From the IMG/VR virus record IMGVR_UViG_3300014204_000115, positions 51,637 to 115,636 of that record: 64,000 nucleotides of DNA, one strand, 5' to 3'. A model generated the notes under the pieces. That model had not been told where the DNA came from and made no database searches. It was given only the letters and a program-made list of their open reading frames with translations. A program made the position numbers and the translations under genes. This document shows positions 34,994 to 45,639 of this stretch, one piece after another (within the stretch, counting starts at the first letter, position 1; every line of letters begins with the position of its first letter). The DNA comes from a virus. Its lineage: Duplodnaviria > Heunggongvirae > Uroviricota > Caudoviricetes.

Positions 34994-35749
34994 TTATTTT
35001 CCTAAAATAGATAATATATTTTTATATAGAATTTTATCATATGATTCCTTTGTCATTATTGCTAAACTTAAACAATATTTTGTAACCAATGTATCACTAT
35101 ATGGTTCATCCGATGCAAATAGTATTTTATCATCTCCAATTTTTTGTATTGCTCTTTCTATCAACCATGGTAATTTAGAAGTTGAAATATCAATAAATAC
35201 GTTATCTAATTTAGAGTTATTAATTAAATTAAGAGCTTCTTCAATTAAATCAGTAGCATTACCAGCCATATGTGCTGCAATAAAATTTAAATGTTTAAAA
35301 TCAGATGCAGCTTTTAATATATAACTAATATGACTTCTCCAATTTCTTCCACAATGAACTAATATTATAAAATTATCTGGAAAGGATTCAAAAATAGAAT
35401 AAACTTTTTTATCAGTACAAAGTGTTGTTGTAATACTCGGATGATACTTAACCCCTTTAATTTTATTTAAATTATCTTGAATTTCTTTTTTTGTTAAATC
35501 ATCATTTGGATCAATTAATAAAAATGGATAAAACTTGTTTTTATCTAATTTTGTTAATTCGTCATATTTTTTTAAAAATTCAAAATTTAATAATCTTGAT
35601 TTAATAATACTAGATACATTGGGCATAATTATAGATTTATCAATTAAATATTTTTTCATTGCTTCTAAATAAGAATCAAAAGAAAAATATCTTTCAGTTT
35701 TTTCTGTTTTTCCAATATGAACATGACTATCAATTATCATAATTTTCAA
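34994..35749 (-). CDS. amidohydrolase-family (TIM-barrel) metal hydrolase
   Basis: IDSHVHIG, KYHP, VHCG, AAHMAG, FIDIS, FASDEP. Confidence 0.85.
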   Translation of the reverse strand: MKIMIIDSHVHIGKTEKTERYFSFDSYLEAMKKYLIDKSIIMPNVSSIIKSRLLNFEFLKKYDELTKLDKNKFYPFLLIDPNDDLTKKEIQDNLNKIKGVKYHPSITTTLCTDKKVYSIFESFPDNFIILVHCGRNWRSHISYILKAASDFKHLNFIAAHMAGNATDLIEEALNLINNSKLDNVFIDISTSKLPWLIERAIQKIGDDKILFASDEPYSDTLVTKYCLSLAIMTKESYDKILYKNILSILGK

Positions 35750-36330
35750 CCTATGTATGATTTAAATAAAAATAATTTATGGTGAGGTTTATTTTTTTTA
35801 ATTATTTGAAATTTTTCTTCTGAAAATTGTAATACATCGTTATATCTTTCTATAACTTGATTTTGATTTTCAAACCATCTGACATGTCCATGTCCAGAAA
35901 TATTTGGTACTGAAAAAATAAATAAAGAATTTTTGGGTATTTTTTTTATAATTTCTTTATCATTTTCTATGTGTTCTAAAACTTCAAAACAAACAAAAAT
36001 CTTTCCTTTTTTAATAATTTTTTCAAAAATTTTATCATTTACTAAATTACCACATATAAATCTATAATCAGGAAACCTCTCTTTTGCTCTAATAATTGAT
36101 TTTTCAGAAAAATCTAATCCAATATAATTTTTAAAACCAAAACTTTTTAAATATTTAGAAAATGATCCAATACCACATCCAAGATCAATAACAGATTCAT
36201 TTAAAGAAATTTCATTATTAATTAATATTTTACAAGCTGTTGTATATAATTCTTCATATCTATACTCGCTTTTTTCCATATCAAGAATATTTTTATCATA
36301 ATATTTTGATTGTTTCTCTAGTGATTTCAA
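35746..36330 (-). CDS. class I SAM-dependent methyltransferase
   Basis: VIDLGCGIG, GLDFS, FEVLEHIEND. Confidence 0.85.
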   Translation of the reverse strand: MKSLEKQSKYYDKNILDMEKSEYRYEELYTTACKILINNEISLNESVIDLGCGIGSFSKYLKSFGFKNYIGLDFSEKSIIRAKERFPDYRFICGNLVNDKIFEKIIKKGKIFVCFEVLEHIENDKEIIKKIPKNSLFIFSVPNISGHGHVRWFENQNQVIERYNDVLQFSEEKFQIIKKNKPHHKLFLFKSYIG

Positions 36331-37284
36331 TTATATTTTTCCTTTGAATAATTCTTTATTGATTATATCAGTTAATTGTTTAACTCTAATATCTGTAGTA
36401 TGATTATTTATTACAAATTCATATCCTTTTTTTCCAATTTTTTCTCTTAGATTAGAATGATTTAAATAATAACCAATTTTATCTTTTAAATCAATTAATC
36501 CTTTATACAATACTAAATGTTTTCCGTCTATATAACCTAATTTTTCAAAATCTTCTGGTTTATCAGCTAATAAAAAACTCTTACATGCTAAAACTTCTGT
36601 ATATCTCATACTTAAAGAATTCCAAAGATTGTTACTAGTAATAATTATTTTTGATTGATTAATAATTTTAACATGGTCCATATGTTTCATTTTTTTAATA
36701 ATAGCTTTAATATTTGGTATTTTTTGAACCATTTTTTGAATATTTTTTCTTAGTGGATAAGCAGATGAAGAATTAGAAAATACAGCCATTACATCTATAA
36801 CTTTTTCTTCCTTTATTGGTTTATAAGTTTGTATGTCTACTGAAAATGGTAATAAATAATTTTTTTCACATAATTTATGATCAATCAAACCTTTTAATAC
36901 AGTTGTTACTGGTGCAAAAATAATTTGCGGTTTATATTCTTTGTAAAAATTTTCATATGTATTAAATTTATTATTACTATCATATTGACCCTTATATTGT
37001 CCAGTTTTATCAAAAAAATCAATTTCAATATGAACTCTTTTAATATCTTCTGGTATATCATTTAATCCTTTAAACACATAACACCTTTTTGCTAAATATG
37101 TTAATATTAAATCTGGTTTTCCATATTTTTTAATTACTTCTGTTATAGAAATATTCTCATCAAAATTTTCATGACCATCTCCCCAATATATACAATCATG
37201 CAGTCTGTTAATTGAATTTAAAAATAATTGATGTCCCCAATTTTTTCTATGAATTCCATTTTTTCCTAGAATTAAGATTTTCAT
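36331..37284 (-). CDS. glycosyltransferase (CgeB/GT-B-like)
   Basis: INQSKIII..MRYTEVLACKSFLL..DGKHLVLY..DKIGYYL. Confidence 0.8.
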   Translation of the reverse strand: MKILILGKNGIHRKNWGHQLFLNSINRLHDCIYWGDGHENFDENISITEVIKKYGKPDLILTYLAKRCYVFKGLNDIPEDIKRVHIEIDFFDKTGQYKGQYDSNNKFNTYENFYKEYKPQIIFAPVTTVLKGLIDHKLCEKNYLLPFSVDIQTYKPIKEEKVIDVMAVFSNSSSAYPLRKNIQKMVQKIPNIKAIIKKMKHMDHVKIINQSKIIITSNNLWNSLSMRYTEVLACKSFLLADKPEDFEKLGYIDGKHLVLYKGLIDLKDKIGYYLNHSNLREKIGKKGYEFVINNHTTDIRVKQLTDIINKELFKGKI

Positions 37285-38153
37285 TATCTCTCCAATGCAA
37301 CATATCTACATATTTTTTTAGAATCTTTTTTATTAGGAACTTTTTGAATGTGTTCTCTACAAGAAACATATATCATATCTTCGTTATTAAAGTTGTCATA
37401 TACACCTCTTGATTTAAAAATATCAATTGGTTTGTTATATCCAAGCTCTTTAAACTTATCGGGAACTGGAACTCCAGCAGATATTACATATTTTGTTTTA
37501 AATCCAATATTTAAAAATTTTTTAAATTCAATTTCTAGATCTCTTTCTTTAGAATAAAACATTGGGTGCATTTCCAATACTATTAAACATTTTCCTTTAT
37601 TATTATTTATAAAATAATCATACATTCCTTTAAATATTTCTACTTCTGCACCTTCTGTATCCATTTTTATAAAATTAGGGTATTTTTTTTCTTTTAAAAA
37701 ATTTGTTAATGTTTCTGTTTTTACTTTAACTTTTTTTAAAGTTGTATTTCTGTTACTAAATAAACCTGATAAATTAGATGATTTTCCAATAAAAAAATCA
37801 GATATAGTATTAGATTCAGAAATAGCTATATTATATGCTTCTACATTTTTTAATTTATTTATCTCAATATTATATTGTAGAATATTAAAATTTTCTGGTT
37901 CTGGTTCTATTGCATAGACAATTCCATTTTTTCCACATAAATCTGATAATAATAAAGTTATATAACCTATGTTTGATCCTAGATCAATTGCTGTAAATCC
38001 TTCTTTAACTTCTTTTTTTATTAAATTTATTAATTCTGGTTCTCTTTCTTTATTTGAACCTTCTTTCATCTTTCTTAAATCTGCATGTATTCCTCCTTCT
38101 TTTGATTTTATTCTCATTTTAAATTTACCTATTTTCTTTTCTATATATTTCAT
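37284..38153 (-). CDS. FkbM-family methyltransferase
   Basis: IDLGSNIGY, YAIEPEPEN, NFIKMDTEGAE. Confidence 0.9.
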   Translation of the reverse strand: MKYIEKKIGKFKMRIKSKEGGIHADLRKMKEGSNKEREPELINLIKKEVKEGFTAIDLGSNIGYITLLLSDLCGKNGIVYAIEPEPENFNILQYNIEINKLKNVEAYNIAISESNTISDFFIGKSSNLSGLFSNRNTTLKKVKVKTETLTNFLKEKKYPNFIKMDTEGAEVEIFKGMYDYFINNNKGKCLIVLEMHPMFYSKERDLEIEFKKFLNIGFKTKYVISAGVPVPDKFKELGYNKPIDIFKSRGVYDNFNNEDMIYVSCREHIQKVPNKKDSKKICRYVALER

Positions 38154-39075
38154 TACAATTCTCCATAACTTTTAAATATTTTATAGCAGTGTTTTTTACA
38201 TTTAGTTCATATGGTAGTTCTACTCGTCTTTTATCTTTACTAATTAGAATCATTGATTTTATCATTCTAGATCTTAGTTCATCAGAAACATAATTCCAAT
38301 TATCTTGATATACATAATCTGGATCTGTATTTATTTTATCTCCTTTACAAATTATACAACCTTTTGTCATCAAAGACATTTCTGTTGCACCACCACAAGC
38401 GAGAGATGTTACAACTGGAATGCCTGCCCCAATTGCTTCAACAACAGTTTTTGGACAAGGATCATTTTTTGCTAAATGAATAAACATATCACCTATTTTA
38501 TAAATTTTTGACATATCTTTAAATTTTGTCATTCCATAATAGATAAGATTTTTATTATCTATAATTTTATTATTATGTAATTTACCAAAAATATGTAATT
38601 TAGAATTTGGAACATATTTATTAAATTCTAAAAAAATACTAATTATTTCTTCTAATCTTTTCCATCTTCTCCATTTAGCAGAAGTTATTATATTTATTCC
38701 TTCATGTTTTTCAAATTCTCCACACCATTTATTTTGAATACCATTATAAATTATATCGAAATTTGAAGTTGTTTTTTCCGCTAAATATTTTTCACACATA
38801 TTTTTAGATAAATTACTTTGATATATTAATCCTTTAGATATAACATGAGCTTTTGAAATAGGTAAATTTTTTTTTGTAAATGCAATAGCTTTATCGTAAT
38901 ATATTCCATCTAATCTTGTAACAATTGGTAAACCAGAATTTTGTTTAATAGAAACTAATGATAATTGAACATCACATCCTTTTGGATCTTGAGATATATC
39001 ATGTCCCATTTCTTTCCAGATAGGAATCAATCTTTGAATCATTATGTGCATTTTTGAATCTAAAAATATTTTCAT
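38125..39075 (-). CDS. GT4-like glycosyltransferase
   Basis: IIYNGI, KWRRWKR, DPCPKTVVEAIGAGIPVV. Confidence 0.85.
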   Translation of the reverse strand: MKIFLDSKMHIMIQRLIPIWKEMGHDISQDPKGCDVQLSLVSIKQNSGLPIVTRLDGIYYDKAIAFTKKNLPISKAHVISKGLIYQSNLSKNMCEKYLAEKTTSNFDIIYNGIQNKWCGEFEKHEGINIITSAKWRRWKRLEEIISIFLEFNKYVPNSKLHIFGKLHNNKIIDNKNLIYYGMTKFKDMSKIYKIGDMFIHLAKNDPCPKTVVEAIGAGIPVVTSLACGGATEMSLMTKGCIICKGDKINTDPDYVYQDNWNYVSDELRSRMIKSMILISKDKRRVELPYELNVKNTAIKYLKVMENCNEIYRKENR

Positions 39076-39488
39076 TAGTGTTCAACATCTCCAATTTTTT
39101 TAGCAGGATTACCTGCCCATATTTCATAATCCGGTATATTTTTAGTTATAACAGATGCTGTTGCAACTACAGAACTTATACCAATATATTTACATGAATG
39201 TAAAATAATTGCATTTGTTCCTAAAAAACATTTTTTCTTTAAAATAGTTGGTTTTGAATTTAATATAGTTTTTAATTCTCTCCAGTTTTCTTTTTTAAAA
39301 TTATGACTATGTGTAAAAATATAAATTCCACTAGAAAATGCTACATCTTCTTCAATAATTATATTAGAACCTTGTGTGTCAAAATAAACAAACGGTTCTT
39401 TAGGAAATCTTGTATTTTTTGATATTTTTAATTTATATTTTCCTGTTTGTATGTAAAATGATTTTCCAAACTTAAATAAACCTTTCAT
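39075..39488 (-). CDS. hexapeptide-repeat acetyltransferase
   Basis: IFTHSH, FLGTNAIIL, SVITKNIPDYEIWAGNPAK. Confidence 0.85.
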   Translation of the reverse strand: MKGLFKFGKSFYIQTGKYKLKISKNTRFPKEPFVYFDTQGSNIIIEEDVAFSSGIYIFTHSHNFKKENWRELKTILNSKPTILKKKCFLGTNAIILHSCKYIGISSVVATASVITKNIPDYEIWAGNPAKKIGDVEH

Positions 39489-40411
39489 TTTATTATCTCC
39501 AAAATTTTTTTAACAGTATTTTTATAGTTATTTTTATCCCATACTCTAGATTCTTTTAATTTTTCTTTTAATAATTTTTGATCACTTAATAATTTAAATA
39601 ATTCATTAAATAAATCATCCTCTGTATTTACATTTATTACTGGTGGAATACAATCAATTTCCTTTAGTTTTTTAAAGCTATTTACAGATGATAATGTTAC
39701 ACATCCTAAAGCCAATCCTTCATAACCATTTTTTCCGATTCCGCCTACAGAAGGATTTATTTGATCTATAAAAATATGAGATTTACCTTTTCTATATAAA
39801 CATTCTTTAAAATCAACTCCAACAATATGTTCATAATTAAAATCAAATTTACATTTTAATTTATCTATCGTAGATAAAATAATTGGTGTTCCTTTTTTTT
39901 CAGGTCTTTCTACTAATCCTGGCGCATGAGAAATTGTAATTATATTTTCTTTTTCAGGTATTAAATACTCCATTGGATGACATAAAAAAATATTACTACT
40001 TGATAAAGATACCATTTCTGCTTCTGCAAATTTATAATGAAAGTTATATTTATATAAAAAAATATTCCATTTCTTATAGTTCCTTAAATATTCAGTTCCT
40101 GTTATAAAAATTATTTTTTTTCTAATATTTGAAAAATAATTACAAATAACTTCTTTACCAAATTTTTTTATTAATGATTGGATTGTAGTTGGAGAGCAAA
40201 TAAATAATGCATTATCTTTTTCTTTACATTTATTTAACCAAAAATTAATATTAGTTTTATCAAGTTTTGTTACAATTTTTTCTTGTCCTGTTCTATTATA
40301 TTTATCATCTTTTAAACATAATAAGACACTGGGATATCCTTGACTTTTAAAAGCCCTATAAAAATTATCAGCAGCACCCCAAGCAGCATGTTTTGCAATT
40401 ATTATTATCAT
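39485..40411 (-). CDS. GT-B glycosyltransferase
   Basis: SHAP...KKGT, IFIDQI..GKNGYEGLALG. Confidence 0.75.
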   Translation of the reverse strand: MIIIIAKHAAWGAADNFYRAFKSQGYPSVLLCLKDDKYNRTGQEKIVTKLDKTNINFWLNKCKEKDNALFICSPTTIQSLIKKFGKEVICNYFSNIRKKIIFITGTEYLRNYKKWNIFLYKYNFHYKFAEAEMVSLSSSNIFLCHPMEYLIPEKENIITISHAPGLVERPEKKGTPIILSTIDKLKCKFDFNYEHIVGVDFKECLYRKGKSHIFIDQINPSVGGIGKNGYEGLALGCVTLSSVNSFKKLKEIDCIPPVINVNTEDDLFNELFKLLSDQKLLKEKLKESRVWDKNNYKNTVKKILEIIK

Positions 40412-41064
40412 TATTTTTCAACTACAAGAATTCTATGTTTATAATTTTCTGTTTTTGGTCTTGATTCATAACGATATGTTTTAATCTTTTTTTCTTCCAT
40501 TAATCTATCTAATTCTTTATTCAACATTGGTACACTAATAGCCCACGATATTTTACCTATTTGTTTATCAATATCTACATATTCTGTAATTTCAAAAGAT
40601 GGTCCTGTAAATACCACATATTTTTTAGATACTCTAATCATTTCTAAAATAGATTCATATGATCCACCAACATGCATACAAACATCAACTTGAAAAACTA
40701 AATCATATAAATTATCATCTAAAGGAATTTTCCAACAACTGCCATTTATAAAACTAACATTTTTATTATCCTTAAATTTATCTTTAGCAATTTCAATCAT
40801 ATATTGTGAGTTATCAAGACCTACCAATGATGAACCAATATCTTTTAAAACCCATAAAAAATGTCCAGGACCTGATCCAATTTCTAAAATTGATGGTGGT
40901 TGTGAAAATAAAGAAGTTAAACTTTTTAAAACTCTAATTATTGATTTTTTATTTTCGCCTCTCCCACCTCCTGTTTTTTCATATGTTTCATATGACCCAA
41001 ATCTTTCTTGTAGTTTTAAACATTTTTCTTTATTCATCCAGCGTTCTGTTGCTTTTTTTCCCAT
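40411..41064 (-). CDS. class I SAM-dependent methyltransferase
   Basis: ILEIGSGPG, GLDNS..MI, DLVF, EMIRVSKK. Confidence 0.85.
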   Translation of the reverse strand: MGKKATERWMNKEKCLKLQERFGSYETYEKTGGGRGENKKSIIRVLKSLTSLFSQPPSILEIGSGPGHFLWVLKDIGSSLVGLDNSQYMIEIAKDKFKDNKNVSFINGSCWKIPLDDNLYDLVFQVDVCMHVGGSYESILEMIRVSKKYVVFTGPSFEITEYVDIDKQIGKISWAISVPMLNKELDRLMEEKKIKTYRYESRPKTENYKHRILVVEK

Positions 41065-41828
41065 TCTTGTATCTCCTCAATATTTTTTAATTGTAATCCT
41101 CTTCTTTGTCTTGCATCATTATAAACTTTGTATCTCATAATTTTAATAAAAATTCTATAATCTTTTTCTTTTTTTCTAATTGATTTTGTAAGATTATCAT
41201 TTCTTTGTCTGTATAAATATAATTCATGATCAGTATGAATTAATTTTCCAACTTCTTCTAGTTTTAAAACTAAATCTTTATCTACTGTTTGTCTTAATTG
41301 TCTATTAACTCCAACTGTTTTGGCGTAAAATGATCTTTTAAAAACCTTAAAATGACTAATTCTAATTTTAGTTCCAAGATATGTTTCATTTTCAGATATT
41401 TGTCTGGTCTTATATTTTTTTATTTTTTGAAGGTTTTCTCTACATTCCCAATAATTACTATAAACTAATGATGCTTCAGGATGTTTTAGATGTTCATCAA
41501 CCATTATTTTTAAAGAATTTTTTGAAGCTAATGCATCGTCTGAATCTAAAATTGCTATTAATTCTCCATGTGAATTTATAATAGCATCACTCAAACTTGT
41601 GCCACAACCATAATTAACAGGATGATAAACAAGTGTAACTTTATCTTCAAATTTTTTAATATATTTTCTAATAACTTTTAATGATTTATCAGTTGAATAA
41701 TCATCTACTATTACTATTTCCCAATTTTGATATGTTTGTGTTATAACGCTTTTAATTGCTTCTGTAACATATTTCTCAGAATTATAACAAGACATCACTA
41801 TACTGATTAAAGGATTTTTAGATATCAT
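41034..41828 (-). CDS. GT2 glycosyltransferase
   Basis: ISIVMSCYN, QTYQNWEIVIVDDYSTD, IAILDSDD. Confidence 0.92.
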   Translation of the reverse strand: MISKNPLISIVMSCYNSEKYVTEAIKSVITQTYQNWEIVIVDDYSTDKSLKVIRKYIKKFEDKVTLVYHPVNYGCGTSLSDAIINSHGELIAILDSDDALASKNSLKIMVDEHLKHPEASLVYSNYWECRENLQKIKKYKTRQISENETYLGTKIRISHFKVFKRSFYAKTVGVNRQLRQTVDKDLVLKLEEVGKLIHTDHELYLYRQRNDNLTKSIRKKEKDYRIFIKIMRYKVYNDARQRRGLQLKNIEEIQEWEKKQQNAG

Positions 41829-42673
41829 ATGTATTTAGAAAACTCCTTTCCATTTTCAGTAAATACTAATTTTAACGGATCATGAATAGTTGTTGCAAGA
41901 TATGGTTTCAATCTTGATGGTAATTCTTCTCCGCACCAAAAATCTATAAGAGATCCAATATCTAGAGCTCTGCCACCTTTAAACTTAATTAATCCTGGAT
42001 AGATTCTTCCTAACTCACCTGCAGCTATCAACCATAAATCATAATCTGTCGAATGCAAATCTATTTCATTTATTACATCAGAAAATGAATTATTAAATTG
42101 GTTATCAAATTTTCCGGAAATTTGAAAAAAATTAATATCAAAATAATTAGATAATTTTTTCTTTACGTCATTTCTTGAAGTTATACAGTATATTTTTCTA
42201 TCTTTTAATATATCTGGCAAACATTTTTTTATAGTAGATCCTATTATACAAGATAAAAAATTTACTTCTGGATTACAATAATTAGTATTTGTTATTCCAA
42301 TTTTATCATATAATTCTTTCCACATTTTTAAACGCATAATGGTTTTACTGCTCATTTGCTTTTTTTTAATTCCTTTTGTTCTATCCCAAAATTTATCAGA
42401 GAAATAAACTTCTGGTGTATCAATATAATCACAGTAATTAGCTGATGCTGCCCAAAAATTAATTATTTTTTTAAAACCACTAACTGGTATACCTTCTTGT
42501 TCAGATATATTAATAATTTGTTTATAATCATTATTCAAATAAGCGTGTATAGCTTTTATAGTTCCATCACCAAATCTTGTTAAACCAAAAGATTGTTTAT
42601 TATTAATTGCAAATTCTAACTTATTTAAAATATGTAATGTTTTTACAATATTTATTTTATTTATTATTGTCAT
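41825..42673 (-). CDS. putative GT-D-fold-like glycosyltransferase
   Basis: LTRFGDG, WLIAAG..G, ALDIGS. Confidence 0.6.
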   Translation of the reverse strand: MTIINKINIVKTLHILNKLEFAINNKQSFGLTRFGDGTIKAIHAYLNNDYKQIINISEQEGIPVSGFKKIINFWAASANYCDYIDTPEVYFSDKFWDRTKGIKKKQMSSKTIMRLKMWKELYDKIGITNTNYCNPEVNFLSCIIGSTIKKCLPDILKDRKIYCITSRNDVKKKLSNYFDINFFQISGKFDNQFNNSFSDVINEIDLHSTDYDLWLIAAGELGRIYPGLIKFKGGRALDIGSLIDFWCGEELPSRLKPYLATTIHDPLKLVFTENGKEFSKYI

Positions 42674-43655
42674 TTATATCCCCTTTAAAAAAGGTAATTA
42701 GTTTTAACATATTTTCCTTTCTGTTTCCAAGAGATAAAACTTTTTCCCTCCCAACTATCCCCAACTTATTTCTTAATTCTTTATCTTTAACTAATTTCTC
42801 AACATTATCTAAAAATGAATAAAAATTATCTCTAGAAGAAATTAAACCTGTTTCATTGTTTATTAAATAATCTTGTGTTCCTGACATTTTACTACAATTT
42901 CCACAAACACAACATTCTGTTAACATTGCTTCCGCAGGAGCTATATGTAAACCTTCTAATTCACTTGTTGATAACCAAATATCTATATTATTATAAATTT
43001 TATTTTTTGTTTTAATATCAGGATTTTTAAAATATTTATCTAAAAATGTTGAAGGAGTACCATCTGATCCAAACATCCATAATTTAATATTATACTTTTC
43101 TTTTAATATATTATAACAATCTAATATCCAATTAGTTCTTTTTTTACTTCTTTTTTTTCCTTGATTATATAAACCGCCCAATATAATTGATTTATTATTT
43201 TCTCTAATATTTAAAGGAAAAATTTCTTCAAAATTATGACCAGGTCTAAATATTAAACTTTCAATCCCATATTGTTGTAATTTATTTTTTAAACAAATAC
43301 TATTTACTATTTTTTTAGCTTTAGATTCTTTTAATATTTTAACTAAGTTTGGTTCTGGTGTATTCCACGTTTCCCAGCCACGAATCCAAATATATTTATT
43401 TTTTATTTTTGAACTATTTGTCGAAGGAATACTTTTAATACCAGTACCAATAATTATATCGCTTTTAATTTGATTAATATTATTTGTTTTTATATAAGGA
43501 ACTTTTATTTTATCCCATGTATAAGTAGGATTTCCTGAATCAACTATTACTACATTCTCTCCTAATTCATTTAATGTATTAGCAGATTGAATTAATGTAT
43601 GAGAACCACCATTATTTCCAGCACCTACATTCATTAAATTAATAACTATTCTCAT
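42657..43655 (-). CDS. GT4-like glycosyltransferase
   Basis: GGSHTLI, IDIWLSTSELEGLHIAPAEAML, NNETGL. Confidence 0.85.
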   Translation of the reverse strand: MRIVINLMNVGAGNNGGSHTLIQSANTLNELGENVVIVDSGNPTYTWDKIKVPYIKTNNINQIKSDIIIGTGIKSIPSTNSSKIKNKYIWIRGWETWNTPEPNLVKILKESKAKKIVNSICLKNKLQQYGIESLIFRPGHNFEEIFPLNIRENNKSIILGGLYNQGKKRSKKRTNWILDCYNILKEKYNIKLWMFGSDGTPSTFLDKYFKNPDIKTKNKIYNNIDIWLSTSELEGLHIAPAEAMLTECCVCGNCSKMSGTQDYLINNETGLISSRDNFYSFLDNVEKLVKDKELRNKLGIVGREKVLSLGNRKENMLKLITFFKGDINDNNK

Positions 43656-43961
43656 TTATCCTCCAACTTCTATTGTTGAGAGTCCTGTTATAATATAGCC
43701 TATAAAAACTCCTGTAAAAAAACTTCCTATTCTTCCTTTTTTCAAATTATTAACAATTACATTTGGAGCAGCATCAACAATTATTCCAATATGTCCACAA
43801 TGACCAAGAACAATACTAGTTATATAAGAAGAAGCTTTATCACCTTCTATAACATTTGGTGATCCTGTTATTATTGTACCAGTCATTGGTATTGAAGTTG
43901 CAGGAGGATGATTATAACATAAACCACTACCGATACAAGTTAATGTAGATGCATAAGACAT
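43656..43961 (-). CDS. PAAR-like spike-tip protein (T4 gp5.4-like)
   Basis: C..H, GTIITGSPNV, CGH.GII..A.PNV.VN, GR.G..ITG...V. Confidence 0.75.
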   Translation of the reverse strand: MSYASTLTCIGSGLCYNHPPATSIPMTGTIITGSPNVIEGDKASSYITSIVLGHCGHIGIIVDAAPNVIVNNLKKGRIGSFFTGVFIGYIITGLSTIEVGG

Positions 43962-43971
43962 TTTATTTTTC

Positions 43972-44214
43972 CTAGGTTATATTTTCTAAACTTATAATTT
44001 TATCTTCTAAAATTTTAACTTTTTCTTCTAGTTTTTTATTTTCTATTGTTATATTTTTAACTATAAATTGATAATTTGAAATCATCTTAATAACTGTATT
44101 TAAATCTACTTTTGTATCCCAAGATCCTGCATATTTACATTCTTGTAAAAAATGTATAAAGTTATCAGTTTGTAAGTACATCTTTAGTAACGTTTCATCT
44201 GTATATTTTAACAT
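43972..44214 (-). CDS. small coiled-coil hypothetical protein
   Basis: 80 aa; C-terminal ENKKLEEKVKILEDKIISLE. Confidence 0.6.
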   Translation of the reverse strand: MLKYTDETLLKMYLQTDNFIHFLQECKYAGSWDTKVDLNTVIKMISNYQFIVKNITIENKKLEEKVKILEDKIISLENIT

Positions 44215-44227
44215 TATTCAATCTCCT

Positions 44228-44734
44228 TTACTTAAATGGATCTAAAATTGTTATAGAATTATTAATTTTAGATTTATTTGCTGTTAATAAACTTTTTGCA
44301 GTATTTAATTTTGCAATATTATCTAAAGTTCCATAAGTACCAGAAGTACTCATAGGAAGAGTTATATAATCATGACCAAAATCCCATTGAATTTTATAAC
44401 CATCAATAACCGAATCATCACCAGGGATATATGAATAAATAATATTTCCAGTAGAATCTATAACATTCCAGTCAGTTATAGTTCCTGTTAATGACAACGA
44501 ATCATTAAATGTTGATCCCTTGCTTAAAGTATAATCTAAATCTGGATCATACTTAATTGTTGTTAAATATAATTCCAAATCTGTAGCTACTTTACTACAA
44601 ACGTTATTTTGTAATGAATCTTGTTGACTTTGAATTAGAGATATTTGAGAATCAATACTAGCGATACTATTAGTTAATTGTACTACTTGCTCTGGTGCGT
44701 CTGCAATCATTGCAGTTATAATAGGATCTGCCAT
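44228..44734 (-). CDS. hypothetical protein, possibly virion-associated
   Basis: 168 aa, S/T/D-rich and Lys-poor composition. Confidence 0.55.
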   Translation of the reverse strand: MADPIITAMIADAPEQVVQLTNSIASIDSQISLIQSQQDSLQNNVCSKVATDLELYLTTIKYDPDLDYTLSKGSTFNDSLSLTGTITDWNVIDSTGNIIYSYIPGDDSVIDGYKIQWDFGHDYITLPMSTSGTYGTLDNIAKLNTAKSLLTANKSKINNSITILDPFK

Positions 44735-44747
44735 TTTTTATATACCT

Positions 44748-45635
44748 CTATTTTAAAATTCTAATCATTTCTTTATAAACTTCTTTTGGTGAAATTTTAT
44801 ACTTCATATCTTCTATAAAAGTAACCTTTGTTCTTCTAATATTATAATTTATTGTATGTAATTGCTTTTGATGTCCCCATTCTAAAGCATGAACACCAAA
44901 CAATAAAGATATATTTGGAATAGCTGATTGTGAACCAATAGTCAAAATAGATTTTTTCATAAATTCCATGGTTAACCCAATAAGACTTGTATTCATATTT
45001 TGATTCATAAAATTAATATCTAAAAATCTATTTCTATTATCTGGTACATAATCTGGAGATCTTCCACAAATTATAAAATTATATTTATTAAATAAATCTT
45101 CATTTTCTATAATTAAGTCATAGAAATCATTCCAATATGGCCAATTTCTTTTTAAACCTTCTCTATATCTTGGAGCTAATACAATAACTGGTTTATCATT
45201 AGTCAAATATTTATTAACTAATTCATAATTTGATAGTCTTGGTTTATATTCATATATCATTTTATCTTTTGTAAATTGATTCTTATTTGAATATTGATTT
45301 TTAGATATATCTGGATAAATTGTTTCTAAAATATTATATCTATTTTTAAACTGATTTTTAAAAGTATTTATTATGCTAAAATAATCAATTTCTTTTAAAT
45401 TATCCATTCTAAAACAATTTGGTTTATATGTATCATTGTTTTTTAATCTAAGTGGAACTAATATATTAGCATATCTTCCATACATATCAAAATTTTCTGG
45501 TTTTGTTAAAACAATAAATTCAACATCTTTATTTTTATATTGTTTTTTTCTTTTCCAAATAAAGTGTGGAACAAAACGTCCAAACTCCCAATAAAGTTCA
45601 CCAAGAAAAGGTCCAAATAATATTGCATCTTTCAT
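44748..45635 (-). CDS. GT9-like glycosyltransferase
   Basis: GPFLGELYWE, VLAPR..KRNWPYW, TIGSQSAIPNISLLFG. Confidence 0.6.
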   Translation of the reverse strand: MKDAILFGPFLGELYWEFGRFVPHFIWKRKKQYKNKDVEFIVLTKPENFDMYGRYANILVPLRLKNNDTYKPNCFRMDNLKEIDYFSIINTFKNQFKNRYNILETIYPDISKNQYSNKNQFTKDKMIYEYKPRLSNYELVNKYLTNDKPVIVLAPRYREGLKRNWPYWNDFYDLIIENEDLFNKYNFIICGRSPDYVPDNRNRFLDINFMNQNMNTSLIGLTMEFMKKSILTIGSQSAIPNISLLFGVHALEWGHQKQLHTINYNIRRTKVTFIEDMKYKISPKEVYKEMIRILK

Positions 45636-45639
45636 TAAT

